DNA from: Octopus sinensis
Lineage: Eukaryota
Length of the DNA: 64,000 nt
Assembly (NCBI RefSeq): GCF_006345805.1
Contig: NC_043006.1
Span: forward strand, 21,080,001 to 21,144,000
Direction of reading: 5' to 3'
The notes under the pieces were generated by a model, which saw only the letters and a program-made list of their open reading frames with translations, did no database searches and had not been told where the DNA came from. The position numbers and the translations under genes were made by a program. Positions 1 through 11,419 of this stretch are shown here, in pieces (positions within the stretch are counted from its first letter, which is position 1; the number at the start of each line of letters is the position of its first letter).

Positions 1-311
1 GTTGATTAAATAAGTACCAGTTACGCTCTGGGGTCGATATAAATGACTTAATCCGTTTTTCTGTTCTTGTTTCTGCTCTCTGTGTTTAGCCCCCTGTGGG
101 CAATAAAGAAATAAGAAGCGTTAGCATGCAGGGCAAAATGCTTAGCGGTATTTCATCCGCCTTTATGTTCTGAGTTCAAATTCATCCGAAGCTGAGTTTG
201 CCTTTCACCCTTTCGGGATCAATGAAAAGAGTTGAGGACTGGGGCCGATGTAATCGACTAGCCTCCTCCACCGAACTTGCTAGCCTTGTGTCAAACTTTG
301 AAACCAATATT
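1..311 (+). mobile_element. Two abutting SINE family B fragments (tail type 1 at 1-115, tail type 2 at 116-311)
   Basis: Match the family B core gtcgactttgcctttcatcctttcggggtcgat...aagtaccag...ctggggtcgat seen in about 15 copies in the window. Confidence 0.8.
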
Positions 312-323
312 AACAATGGTCAA

Positions 324-610
324 AAGCGGCGAGCTGGCAGAATCGTTAGCATGCCTAGCAAAATGCTTTACGTTTCGTCCATCTTCACGTCTGGCAAGGT
401 CATCTTTGCATACACATTCTTTCGATATCGGGCACTGGTAGCGCGGCGGAGCAACGGGCGACCGGCGCAAGCCTGCCGCTGGCGTCCCCGCGGCGCGTAG
501 ACGAACGGGGAAAGCAAGGTGGCGTGAACCCTAACCCAGCTGAGCATTGGGGTCGATGTAATTGACTTACCTTCTGCCCCGAAATTGCTGGCCTTGTGCC
601 AAAATTTAAT
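324..610 (+). mobile_element. SINE family B (tail 2) interrupted by a 105-bp GC-rich insert
   Basis: Head gcggcgagctggcagaatcgttagc at 326, tail ccccgaaattgctggccttgtgccaaaattt ending about 608; foreign sequence at 431-535. Confidence 0.75.
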
Positions 611-805
611 ATCAGTGATAACAAGGGTTTATGTTAACACTAGTTCTTATTAGCAGTGGTTTATATTAATGGTGGTTTCCGTTAACATTGATTGCTGCGA
701 GTTTATATTAACATTGGTTCGTGTTAACACAGGCTTATGTTAAACTCTGCTTTATATCAATATCGGTTACTGGTCTCAGTTGATCCTAGTTCGTATTAAC
801 CCAAA

Positions 806-1021
806 ATTGATTTCAAATCTTGGCACAAGGCCAGCAATTTCGAAAAAGGTGGATAAGTCAATTACGTTGACCCCCAATGCTCAACCGGTAATCATTTTAA
901 CGAAACCGAAAAGATGAAAGGCAAAATCGACCTCGGAATTTAAGCTCAGAACTTAAAGATGGGCGAAATATCTTTGAGCATTTTGTCCGGTGTGCTCACG
1001 ATTTTGCCACTTCGCTCCCTT
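806..1021 (-). mobile_element. SINE family B (tail 2), diverged
   Basis: Reverse complement of the family B consensus seen elsewhere in the window. Confidence 0.75.
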
Positions 1022-1261
1022 AATATTACCAACGTTTATCAATGTTAAGCAAACAGATTACCTGTGATGTAGATTTTCAGCGTTCTTCAGTTTTCCCATC
1101 TTAAGTTTTCTTTGTATGCTTTTCATTCTTTGGGACTTTTATTTGTTCTTTCTGGTACTTTTAATGGCTTTCCAGGTAGTTTTGTTTCTTCATGTTACAT
1201 GTTTTGGTAACCAGTTTAGAACATTGGTGATTTCCATTTGATGGCATTTTTATATTCTTGC

Positions 1262-1702
1262 GGATCTTTTCGGTTTGACCGGTAGTTTTTTCTCGCGGTG
1301 TCATATGAAATTGTCACCCATAATTATGACCCTAGAATCGATCTATTGCATTTCAATCTCTTTTAGGGTTAGGGTTAGTTAGGGTTGGTTAGGGTTAGGG
1401 TTAGGGTGGGGGAAGGGTATCTTTTTTTCTTCACAAATGTAAATAAATCCAAACTGTTTCTTAAACGAAGGACATACTCATACAGCACAGAATGTTTTTT
1501 AACTCATTAGACGTCACTGATTGGTTGAAATTGTAGAAATTGAAGAATAAAAACAACAAATATCTAACAAACTATAGAATTTTCTCAATAAAGTCAAGAG
1601 AAAAAGATGTCTTATAAACACATTCTACCAGTATACGAAGTTTCAAATTTTTTAGTTACCTAGAAATTATGTTAAAAACTGCCGTTCAAACCGAAAATAT
1701 CC
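1262..1702 (+). mobile_element. MITE with about 28-bp GG-starting TIRs and internal (TTAGGG)n, copy 1
   Basis: TIRs ggatcttttcggtttgaccggtagttttt / aaaaactgccgttcaaaccgaaaatatcc; telomere-like tract about 1363-1407; two more copies in the window. Confidence 0.85.
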
Positions 1703-2433
1703 ATTTTGCTATTTGTTACATTCATATTTGTTATTTTGTTTCCAGCTGTTCCAACTTATTTCCTTTTAAAACATTATAGTCCTTAGCTGCCCATGTGTCC
1801 CCCATATTTCTTTCTCAAAAAATATCTTTTGTTTCTTGTTGTTTACGACGCATTAATTTCTATTTTGGTTTGATCAAGTTCTTGCTAAAACCCTTCGGGA
1901 TTGGTGATGATTTTTTTGCTTAGTTCAAAGAAATATCTTTGTTTCCTATGATGACGAATTCCCTTACTATTCAGGAAAATGTTTCTTATATGAAAATTTC
2001 TTATATGAAGTATCACGAGATCTCCGGTTCGATTTTACTGCATGAGATATTGGGCAGATATTATTTTCTATAACCTGGAGTCGACTCGTACACATGAGTA
2101 AAATTGGTTTCACGGAAACTAAATGGAAAGTCCATCAGGTAAATTGTACAAGTAATTCAAAAGGTATGTCCGCGACACACACTGTCACACTGATCCTATC
2201 CAAATATCATATTAGGGTACATTTGTCTGCGGAGTACTCAGCGACTTCAGGAGCAGCAAATTCATTTGATCGAACAGCTGAAGCGTCATCGTCGAACGAC
2301 GAAGATCCTCCACTGTCATATTGTATATCTGTAGTATTTGCATTTATCTTTGTCTATTGTCATTATTGATCTCATTAAAAATTCTCAGAACTTTTGTTGT
2401 TCTCTACCATAAAACTATGCTTAATACAGAGAG

Positions 2434-2850
2434 AATACCAAACGAGTTCCTATGATACCGTATTTATTACAACTCGTGGCTTGTAACGTATCTAACGAGC
2501 AAAAGCGAGTTAGATACGTTTACAAGCCACGAGTTGTATAAATACGGTATCCATAGGGAATGAGTTGGTATTTTATTTATTACACACGAATAAACGACCA
2601 TATTTTATTAACCCAATAACTAAATTCTTCACGTTTAGTTGTAACTTATGAATGACAAAAGTAGTGCCATCACCGTGACCTCGGGTCATCACCATGAATT
2701 GACCAATCAGAAGCAGCGCTGTCACCGTGACCTCGGGTCATCACCATGGATTGACCAATCAGAAGCAGCGCTCGCAGTATCTGACATATGTTAGATACCA
2801 AAAATATCTCAAAGTGTTCTCACTCACATGTGTGTAATAACCACGTATTT
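2434..2850. repeat. Long hairpin (2434-2572) plus 51-bp tandem duplication; probable non-autonomous DNA element
   Basis: About 63-bp imperfect arms around loop gagcaaaagcga; duplicated unit at 2670-2720 and 2722-2772 containing ttgaccaatcaga. Confidence 0.6.
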
Positions 2851-3810
2851 ATTGTAGGTTCAGTTCTTTCTGTGTAAGAAGTTTTGTGGGAAGTAACCAC
2901 TTCCTTTCCGGCAACGACGGTCACTATATATAAATATATATATATATACATCCTGGTTATACTAATGCTCAGATCTGCTCCAGTATGTCTTTCACTTCCT
3001 AGTCTACAATTATTTTGTCTGTGGTTATTATTTTATCGCTAAGTTTTATGCTTGGGTGAATCTTCGGTTCATCCATAAAATATCTCCTATCGATTTTAGC
3101 TCTAAAACTATTTCCACATTTATCTTCATATTCATAACGTTCGTCTTTAATCGTCTATTCATACATCTTATAATTTCTGTAGTTCTGGTTTGGCTTTTGT
3201 TGATCAATATTCTCTAGGTCTCTGCTGAGATTTAGTTTCGTTATGCTTAATTTGTTTCAGTTTTGCATGTGTTAGATTATATTTTAAGGATTTATGTTTT
3301 CCGTCTTTATAGCTGTTATGGATTTGTTAGCATAATATACATCGGTCTTTCGCAGTAAGAGTAATAAAAGATTAGTGGACCACATTAAGGTCTTTCACAG
3401 ATCACGATGGGTAAGTACTATTCTATCCTGGGTGGTTTTTCACTAAAATGAAAGCAAAATCGATTTTACCAGTTATGTGAAGACCACGGGGTGAGCTCAG
3501 CTCCTTCCCTCAGACCAAACTATTAAAAGGAAAATAAGGCGGTGGTCCAACATGGTTGCAGTTAAATGGCTGAAAAAAGTAAAAGGACAAAAAGAAAAAT
3601 AAACAACTTAATTTTTTCTTATAATGATGCCACTTCTTACCCACACAGAGTATGAGTTAGCTCAACATTAAAAAAAAAAAAAAAACCACACTTGCCGAAG
3701 ATGTATTGTAATGGAATCGAGACCAGAACTTCATGATAGCGAAGCAGGCTTCTTAACCATGCTGCACCTACAATTGGTACAGCCTGATCAAATATAAGTA
3801 TGTAAATGCA

Positions 3811-4019
3811 TACTCTTTTACTCTTTTACTTGTTTCAGTCATTTGACTGCGTCCATGCTGGAGCACCGCCTTTAGTCGAGCAAATCAACCCCGGGACTTA
3901 TTCTTTGTAAGCCTAGTACTTATTCTATTGGTCTGTTGCCGAACCGCTACGTGACGGGGACGTAAACACACCAGCATCGGTTGTCAAGCAATCTTGGGGG
4001 GACAAACACAGACACACAA

Positions 4020-4058
<39 letters not shown>

Positions 4059-4221
4059 TACGACAGGCGTCTTTCAGTTTCCGTCTACCAAATCCACTCA
4101 CAAGACATTGGTCGGCCCGGGGCTATAGTAGAAACACTTGCCCAAGGTGCCACGCAGTGGGACTGAACCCGGAACCATGTGGTTGGTAAGCAAGCTACTT
4201 ACCATGTGGCCACTCCTGTGC
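3811..4221 (-). mobile_element. SINE family A (tRNA-derived, about 410 bp, internal TA/TG microsatellite)
   Basis: A box tggctgtgtgg, B box ggttcagtccc, CORE-like ccttgggcaagtgt, tail gactgaaacaagtaaaagag. Confidence 0.9.
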
Positions 4222-4418
4222 ATATATATATATTTTTTATAAGGAAGTCCCAAGCAAGGCGAGAAGCTATGCAATCAACTTACCCCACTCCCCTGAAATT
4301 TCAGGCCTTGTGACCATAAGAGAAAGGATTATTATAATAAATTGTAGAAGTGAGTAAACAGTGGCAGTATGCCAGATTAAAATGCTCCAGTCGGTTCAAA
4401 TAGAGCGTAATAGTGATG

Positions 4419-4790
4419 GTGGAGGCGCAATGGCCCAGTGGTTAGGGCAGCGGACTCGCGGTCATAGGATCGCGGTTTCGATTTCCAGACCGGGCGTTGT
4501 GAGTGTTTATTGAGCGAAAACTCCTAAAGCTCCATGAGGCTCCGGCAGGGGATGGTGGTGATCCCTGCTGTACTCTTTCACCACAACTTTCTCTCACTCT
4601 TACTTCCTGTTTCTGTTGTACCTGTATTTCAAAAGGCCGGCCTTGTCACTCTGAATATCCCCGAGAACTACGTTAAGGGTACACGTGTCTGTGGAGTGCT
4701 CAGCCACTTACACGTTAATTTCACGAGCAGGCTGTTCCGTTGATTCGGATCAACCGGAACCCTCATCGTCGTAACCGACGGAGTGCTTCC
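4419..4790 (+). mobile_element. SINE family C, tail 1 (tRNA-Arg-like head)
   Basis: A box tggcccagtgg, B box gtttcgatttcc; 13-bp TSD aatagtgatggtg. Confidence 0.9.
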
Positions 4791-5389
4791 AATAGTGATG
4801 GTGACAGTGGTGGGGATTGTGATTTGTTGACATAGTGCTGCCAATAATAAAAAAATTATTTTTCATCATACAATAAGGAACAGAAAACTAAGTGGAGAAG
4901 AAAAAAGCAGAAGAAAAAATGGTGAATAAGAACAGCAACAACAACAAAAAGACGAGAAAAACAGAACAAAAATGCAAACCTTGATAACAAAGAATTATTT
5001 TTTATAAAATCTTTTATTTCATTAAGAAATATAAATGTATTTTTTTTAAATGTCGTAAAATGAATTGATGTTATCAGTCACCATTCCTTCGCAGACAATT
5101 CAGGTATCTTAACACATTTTTACATCAAATCTTACTGAAATCATTAATTTTTTTTTATATAATTCTAATCTTACGCCAAAATCTCTAGTTTTATCAAAAA
5201 AGTTTTGAATGGTTTGGTAACGTTAACCTATGTACGACAAAGTTCGTCAGAGTTCCTTACAGTTCGTATTGGTTCACAAATAATTCGTCAAAATATTGGC
5301 ATATTTAATTAAAGATGGAAGATAAATATACAGTATAGCAATATAGCGAAGAGGAAATGAGATGATTAAGATACAAACAACACTTATAT

Positions 5390-5444
5390 GCATGTGTATG
5401 TGCATGTATGTGTGTGTGTGTGTGTGCGTGTATTCATGTATGCA

Positions 5445-5490
<46 letters not shown>

Positions 5491-5605
5491 CATATATATC
5501 TATATATATGTATGCCATATATATACATATATATGTATGTATGTATGCATGTATGTATATATGTATGTATGTTTTATATATATATATATTATGTATATAT
5601 ATATA

Positions 5606-5668
<63 letters not shown>

Positions 5669-5669
5669 G

Positions 5670-5709
<40 letters not shown>

Positions 5710-5730
5710 ATAATGTATGTATATATTATA

Positions 5731-5790
<60 letters not shown>

Positions 5791-5911
5791 AAACAATTGC
5801 AGCGTGGAAGGGGTTTATAAGCCATTTAGAAACACGCAAAAGCCGTTCGATTCACTTCAACATTTAAGTTTAATTTGTCAAATATTTTCGTCGCTAAAAT
5901 CCGCGACATAT

Positions 5912-5957
<46 letters not shown>

Positions 5958-5988
5958 CATAAATATGTATATATATATATGTTTATAT

Positions 5989-6024
<36 letters not shown>

Positions 6025-6060
6025 CATATGTATGTATATATTATTATATACCAATATACG
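5390..6060. repeat. Compound (TA)n/(TATG)n/(TG)n microsatellite
   Basis: Direct reading; source of the YI-repeat ORFs. Confidence 0.95.
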
Positions 6061-6321
6061 TGCATACATTCACGTGTATGTATATATACATGTGTGTACG
6101 AGGTGCATTCCAAAAGTTTGGAGAATTTAAGGAGAGACAGCTGTAACTGTCCTAGATTATTGTAATTTTAGCATATCATTACTATACATCTAATAAGCTG
6201 ACCTGCCAACTTTGCTATTCCAGATTGAAGGAGATGGTTTCAACGGCAGTTTGAACACACTGCTTGTCACAGCTCACTAGTTTGCAGTTGTGAAAACAAT
6301 TTGGAAGCTCATAATGTAATA

Positions 6322-6720
6322 AAGGCGCAGGAGTGGCTGTGTGGTAAGTAGCTTGCTAACCAACCACATGGTTCCGGGTTCAGTCCCACTGCGTGACATC
6401 TTGGGCAAGTGTCTTCTGCTATAGCCCCGGGCCGACCAATGCCTTGTGAGTGGATTTGGTAGACGGAAACTGAAAGAAGCCTGTCGTATATATGTATATA
6501 TATATATATATATGTGTGTCTGTGTGTGTGTGTGTGTGTGTTCGTATGTCTGTGTCTGTCCCCCTAGCATTGCTTGACAACCGATGCTGGAGTGTTTACG
6601 TCCCCGTCACTTAGCGGTTCGGCAAAAGAGATCGATAGAATAAGTACTGGGCTTACAAAGAATAAATCCCGGGGTCGATTTGCTCGACTAAAGGCGGTGC
6701 TCCAGCATGGCCGCAGTCAT
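6322..6720 (+). mobile_element. SINE family A, 3' end truncated
   Basis: Near-identical to other family A copies. Confidence 0.9.
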
Positions 6721-6850
6721 GAAATGCTCCAGACTGCTTACGGATCTGTTTGCATGAGCCGAGTTTGTACGTTTTTCATTGGAACATTGAATTAGCATGT
6801 GAGTGGGTGAGTATTCCGCAGACACATAATACTTAAATATTGTTGGTGCA

Positions 6851-7006
6851 GGGAGGGGTGTGTGGTAAGTAGCTTACTTACCAACCACATGGTTTCGGGT
6901 TCATTCCCACTGCGTGGCACCTTGGGCAAGTGTCTTGTACTATAGCCTCGGGCCGACCAAAGCCTTGTGATTGGATTTGGTAGACGGAAACTGAAAGAAG
7001 CCCGTC

Positions 7007-7096
<90 letters not shown>

Positions 7097-7313
7097 GTGT
7101 GTGTGTGTATGTTTGTATTTGTGTGTTCTGTCTTTGCCCCCCAAATCGCTTGACAACCGATGCTGGTGTGTTTACGTCCCCCGTGAGCGGTTCGGTAAAA
7201 AGAGAGTACTAGGCTTCCAGAGAATAAGTCCTGGGGTCGATTTGCTCGACTAAAGCCGGTGCTCCAGCATGGCCACGGTCAAATGACTGAAACAAGTAAA
7301 AAGAGTAAAGAGT
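6851..7313 (+). mobile_element. SINE family A with expanded internal (TA)n
   Basis: Near-identical to other family A copies; about 80-bp TA tract inside. Confidence 0.9.
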
Positions 7314-7489
7314 GACGCTGTTTGACAAGGCCTAGCCTGTAAATTGCCTGTACAATCCAACCGACGAGCTTCCATACAATTTCCATCTATCCAATTTCCC
7401 TTGCAAGGTATAGGTTAACTCGAAGCTATAGAAAATAACACTTGCTCCCTTTTGGACAGCAAGGATATCATTTACATTCACAGGATCTT

Positions 7490-7815
7490 CTCTGGCCACA
7501 CAGTCAAGAAGGAGTGCTTTGTTGAGGCTTTGAGAGAGTCCAGGAAGAGATTTCGTCACTAAAGGCTTGGGCACTTGCACCAGGACGGTGCTTTAGTTAA
7601 CAGTTCCATTCTCGTAACTAAATGCACGAAAGAAATGGGCATTAAAACTGTCCCCTCCCCTCCCCACAATCTAGACATTGTGCTCTGGAACTTTTGGTTG
7701 TTTCCCAAGCTGAAGAAGCTGATGAAGGCTGTGATATGGGACTTGGAAACCTTTACTTTGGAGGAATACAATGGTGTCTTCACAAATTGAAGTGAAAAGC
7801 TGTATTCAAACTGGA
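7490..7815 (+). pseudogene. Decayed mariner transposase fragment (catalytic C-terminal half)
   Basis: Translates GHTVKKECFVEALRESRKRFR..HLHQDGALVNSSILVTKCTKEMGIKTVPSPPHNLDIVLWNFWLFPKLK, resembling mariner HQDNAP.H and PYSPDLAP.DF.LFPKLK motifs. Confidence 0.8.
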
Positions 7816-8670
7816 ACCACGAAACATAGAAGAGAGAAGTATAGTATCAGGAGTTCTAGGTTGAAAATTCTGCCAGCCATATCGATTTTATTATTGTGTC
7901 CATTCCAGCTTAGGCTGTTGGCAACATTTAGGTCTAAAACTCTGATATTGTTTGACACTAATGGAATTTCTCCCAAAGGAAGAGAATATGGCAGTTTGAG
8001 TCCATTCTCTGATCCAAAATGGATGATCAAACATTTTACTCCGTAGAGTAGTACTTTTTTTTCGTCTATCTTTGTGTTACAGCACACAGATCGTATTGGA
8101 GTTCGGTCCGGTCACTTACACCATTGATGACACCTCAAGTCCTTAGATTCATTGGATACGATTTTTATCCACTGTGTTTGATGACATTTGTCATGTTTAT
8201 AAAAATACTAAAGTGAAAAGGCTCAACAAAGTACTCTGGGTTATCCGAACAATGCTATTTGTTGGGACTTTGGGACTGGGGAGACTATGATAACCACCGT
8301 TGGTTTCGAAATTCCATCAAAGTGGTGCAGCAGCTGTGTTAAGTAGTTTCTTTCACCACGAAAACTATGCTGGTTCGGATATAGGAGATGATTTCTTTCT
8401 CGAAAGGCAATTAGTTATGACCTCACCATTCTCTAGAATACTTTAATGAACTGAAAGCCGAGTAAGATCAAACAGTAATTCACTGCAGCAACTCATTTCT
8501 CTTCTTGACAAGCTAGGACAGAAAATGTTCAGGAATAAAGCAGAGTCCAGCAATTTCCTCCAGAGTTTAGCAAGAAAAGACGCAAAGTGGTATCTGTACG
8601 CCTTAAAGATAATAGCAAGCAATCTATCAAGAGTCACAGCTTGAATTGGGTTTAATTTTATTGATTTTTA

Positions 8671-9060
8671 TAGGCGCAGGAGTGGCTGTGTGGTAAGTAG
8701 CTTGCTTACGAACCACATGGTTCCGGGTTCAGTCCCACTGCGTGGCACCTTGCGCAAGTGTCTTCTACTATAGCCTCGGACCGACCAAAGCCTTGTGAGT
8801 GAATTTGGTAGATGGAAACTAAATGAAGCCCGTTGTATATGTGTGTGTGTGTGTGCGTGTGCGTGAGTCTGTGTATATATGTGTGTGTTTGTGTGTCTGT
8901 GTTTGTCCTCTCCCCCAAACATCGCTTGACATCCGATGCTGGTGTGTTTACGTTCCCTTAACTTAGCGGTCCGGCAAAAAGCGCCCGATAGAATAAGTAC
9001 TAGACTAAAAGGCGGTGCTCCAGCATGGCCACATTCAAATGACTGAAACAAGTAAAAAGG
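8671..9060 (+). mobile_element. SINE family A with small internal deletion
   Basis: Sequence match to family A. Confidence 0.9.
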
Positions 9061-9355
9061 AAAGGAAAAGGATACCTGCTTTGTATGCAAAGATATATCA
9101 GGAAGGATATGCTGAGGATTTGCTTCATCAACACTGCTGAAGTCAACGTCAATTTTGCTTCTGTAGAATTTCCATCATATTTTTGACAACATTTTCAAAG
9201 ATTTTATGTTCATCGATCAGTGGATGAAAGAAAATAGTCCTATGCTGCTTTTGCAATTGAATAGGCCACTTCAGGGTTATATCTACTTTTCTAAATGACA
9301 AATTCTTCCTCAGTGACCTTTAGATCATTAACGATAATCCTGTATTGTTCGGGTG

Positions 9356-9394
<39 letters not shown>

Positions 9395-9396
9395 AT

Positions 9397-9441
<45 letters not shown>

Positions 9442-9533
9442 TATTATATATATAATATATATATATATATATAAAACATTATTGGTGAATTGAAGAAATG
9501 GAGCTGAACGCAGATTGAACAGAAATCGTTTTA

Positions 9534-9620
9534 TTTCATTCTACACGTGTTTCGAAAGGCACAAATTACCAAATCCGATTGAATAATGGGACCATATTGT
9601 GTCTTTCTCTTCAGGAAGAA
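9534..9620 (-). ncRNA. Type I hammerhead ribozyme motif (canonical core)
   Basis: Mirror copy of the 9722-9809 motif; CTGAAGA core at 9608-9614 on the minus strand. Confidence 0.8.
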
Positions 9621-9721
9621 AAAAGGAAATCCGTTGGAAAAACAAAAACAGAACAGAGGCAGAGCAAAAAACAAATCGAACTGTGCTCCTAAGAGCCCAT
9701 GGCGAAACTGTTTATCCTTTT

Positions 9722-9809
9722 TTCTTCCTGAAGAGAAAGACACAATATGGTCCCATTATTCAATCGGATTTTGGTAATTTGTGCCTTTCGAAACACGTGT
9801 AGAATGAAA
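9722..9809 (+). ncRNA. Type I hammerhead ribozyme motif (canonical core)
   Basis: Stem I TTC/GAA (extendable), CTGAAGA 9728-9734, stem II GAAAG-A-CACAA/TTGTG-C-CTTTC, GAAA 9790-9793, palindromic stem III ACACGTGT, GUA site with predicted cut after 9801. Confidence 0.85.
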
Positions 9810-10019
9810 TAAAACGATTTCTGTTCAATCTGCGTTCAGCTCCATTTCTTCAATTCACCAATAATGTTTTAATTTCAATTATCCGCACCAACGCACGGTT
9901 GCAACGCCGACAGATGGTGTACCTCCAACCGTGCTGTTCACTGCTGTGATTTTTGCTACTAAGGTATCGGTTAAACTTTTGATTAATCTACTACAAGATT
10001 ATTCATCTTTCTATTTCAC

Positions 10020-10089
<70 letters not shown>

Positions 10090-10129
10090 ATATATATATA
10101 TTAACGATAATCCTCGTATTGTTCGGGTG

Positions 10130-10160
<31 letters not shown>

Positions 10161-10213
10161 TGTATACATGGTCATACTGTCGAAATGAGGTAATAATATT
10201 GACAGAATTGAAA

Positions 10214-10446
10214 AAGGCGACGAGCTGGCAGAAACGTTAGCACGCCGGGCGAAATGCGTAGCCGTATTTCATCTGCCGTTACGTTCTGAGTTCTAATTCC
10301 GCCGAGGTCGACTTTGCCTTTCATCCTTTCGGGGTCGATAAATTAAGTACCAATTATGCACTGGGGCCGATGTAATCGACTTAATCCGTTTGTCTGTCCT
10401 TGTTTGTCCTCTCTGTCTTTAGCCCCTTGTGGGTAGTAAAGAAATA
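10214..10446 (+). mobile_element. SINE family B (tail 1) with 28-bp TSD
   Basis: Full copy; gaaatgaggtaataatattgacagaatt at 10182-10209 and 10447-10474. Confidence 0.9.
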
Positions 10447-10514
10447 GAAATGAGGTAATAATATTGACAGAATTTTAGCTTACTAGCTTTTTTGTTAACC
10501 CATATTATTTTATT

Positions 10515-10817
10515 GTGGAGGCACATGGCCTAGTGGTTAGAGCAGCGGACTCGCGGTCGAGGGATCGCGGGTTCGAATCTCAGACCGGGCGATGTGTGTG
10601 TTTATGAGCGAAACGCCTAAGCTCCACGCGGCTCCGGCAGAAGGTAATAACGAACTTCTGCTGACTCTTTCGCCACAACTTTCTCTCACTTCCACTTTTC
10701 TCCTGCATCTTGCAGCTCACCTGCGACGGACCGGCGTCCCGTCCAGGTGGGGAACCCATACGCCAAGAGAACCGGGAAACCGGCCCTTATGAGCCAGGCA
10801 TGGCTCGAGAAGGAACA

Positions 10818-10818
<1 letters not shown>
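10515..10818 (+). mobile_element. SINE family C head with tail 2 (V-SINE-like motif)
   Basis: Family C head, then cctgcgacggaccggcgtcccgtccagg (resembles the V-SINE domain as I recall it), ending in (AAT)n. Confidence 0.8.
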
Positions 10819-10862
<44 letters not shown>

Positions 10863-10866
<4 letters not shown>

Positions 10867-11419
10867 GCCCTGATGCAGTACCAGGCAGTGGCTCTCATGG
10901 CTTCTGATCTTAACTGATTGGAAGTGTTATCATGTACATTGTTTTGTCTTGGTATAAAAGATGGGCTACAGCAAATATTCTGCTCAATACCACAGATTTG
11001 CTTGTCAGTTGTTTGACCTTAACCAGTTGAGCATGTCCCTTAGTGGCTGACGATATGTGCATCTCTGATCACGAGCAGAAGTAGTGGGGGAGCATCATAG
11101 CCATGTGTTGAGAAGGATTCTTTGAGGTTTGAATAATTCACCTCTGGAAACATGGGTGTTTCGTTCAACGTCCTTAAACAACCCTTATTCAGGGACCTTT
11201 TGAGCGGGATGGGTTACTCGATCTGAATAAAATTCTAACTGGGCTCCACCTGCAAGGTCATGTGCTGCTTATCTTGATATGAGATCACCATGTCGCGCAC
11301 ATATGGTTGTGATGCATGTGCCTGGTGTACCCTTATCAGACGGGTAGTCATGATGGGTATACTGGGCTTCGTATATTTTACCCCAATGTCACTTTGATGG
11401 ATGCTCTGCTCGCTCACTC

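Larger units (their letters stand above)
9472..9871. repeat. Near-perfect foldback: about 156-bp inverted arms, about 88-bp spacer
   Basis: 9472-9627 is the reverse complement of 9715-9871 apart from a 1-nt indel. Confidence 0.95.

Noticed and set aside
526-537. AACCCTAACCC as a telomerase RNA template
   Set aside because: Immediately followed by SINE sequence; no pseudoknot or CR4/5 context
1363-1407. (TTAGGG)n as a true telomere or fusion site
   Set aside because: Short and internal to a multi-copy TIR element
2215-2330. Coiled-coil-like frame QRLQEQQIHLIEQLKRH
   Set aside because: Short, no recognisable family, no convincing donor site
2670-2772. CRISPR-like direct repeats
   Set aside because: Two adjacent units with no spacer, in a eukaryotic context
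4534-4743. Recurrent ORF MVVIPAVLFHHNFLSLLL... and MTTDAGVFTSP... / MSSDVGGTNTDTQT...
   Set aside because: Incidental frames inside SINE families C and A; they recur because the SINE is repeated
5274-6165. Long YI/HT/CV/MYVC-repeat ORFs here and throughout the window
   Set aside because: Translations of (TA)n, (CA)n, (TATG)n microsatellites; no coding signal
6097-6270. Mariner-like terminus tacgaggtgcattcc
   Set aside because: Only one end is visible and no transposase sequence; too weak to call
9683-9712. Third hammerhead in the foldback spacer (ctaagagcccatggcgaaactg)
   Set aside because: Core lacks G5 and stem I cannot form
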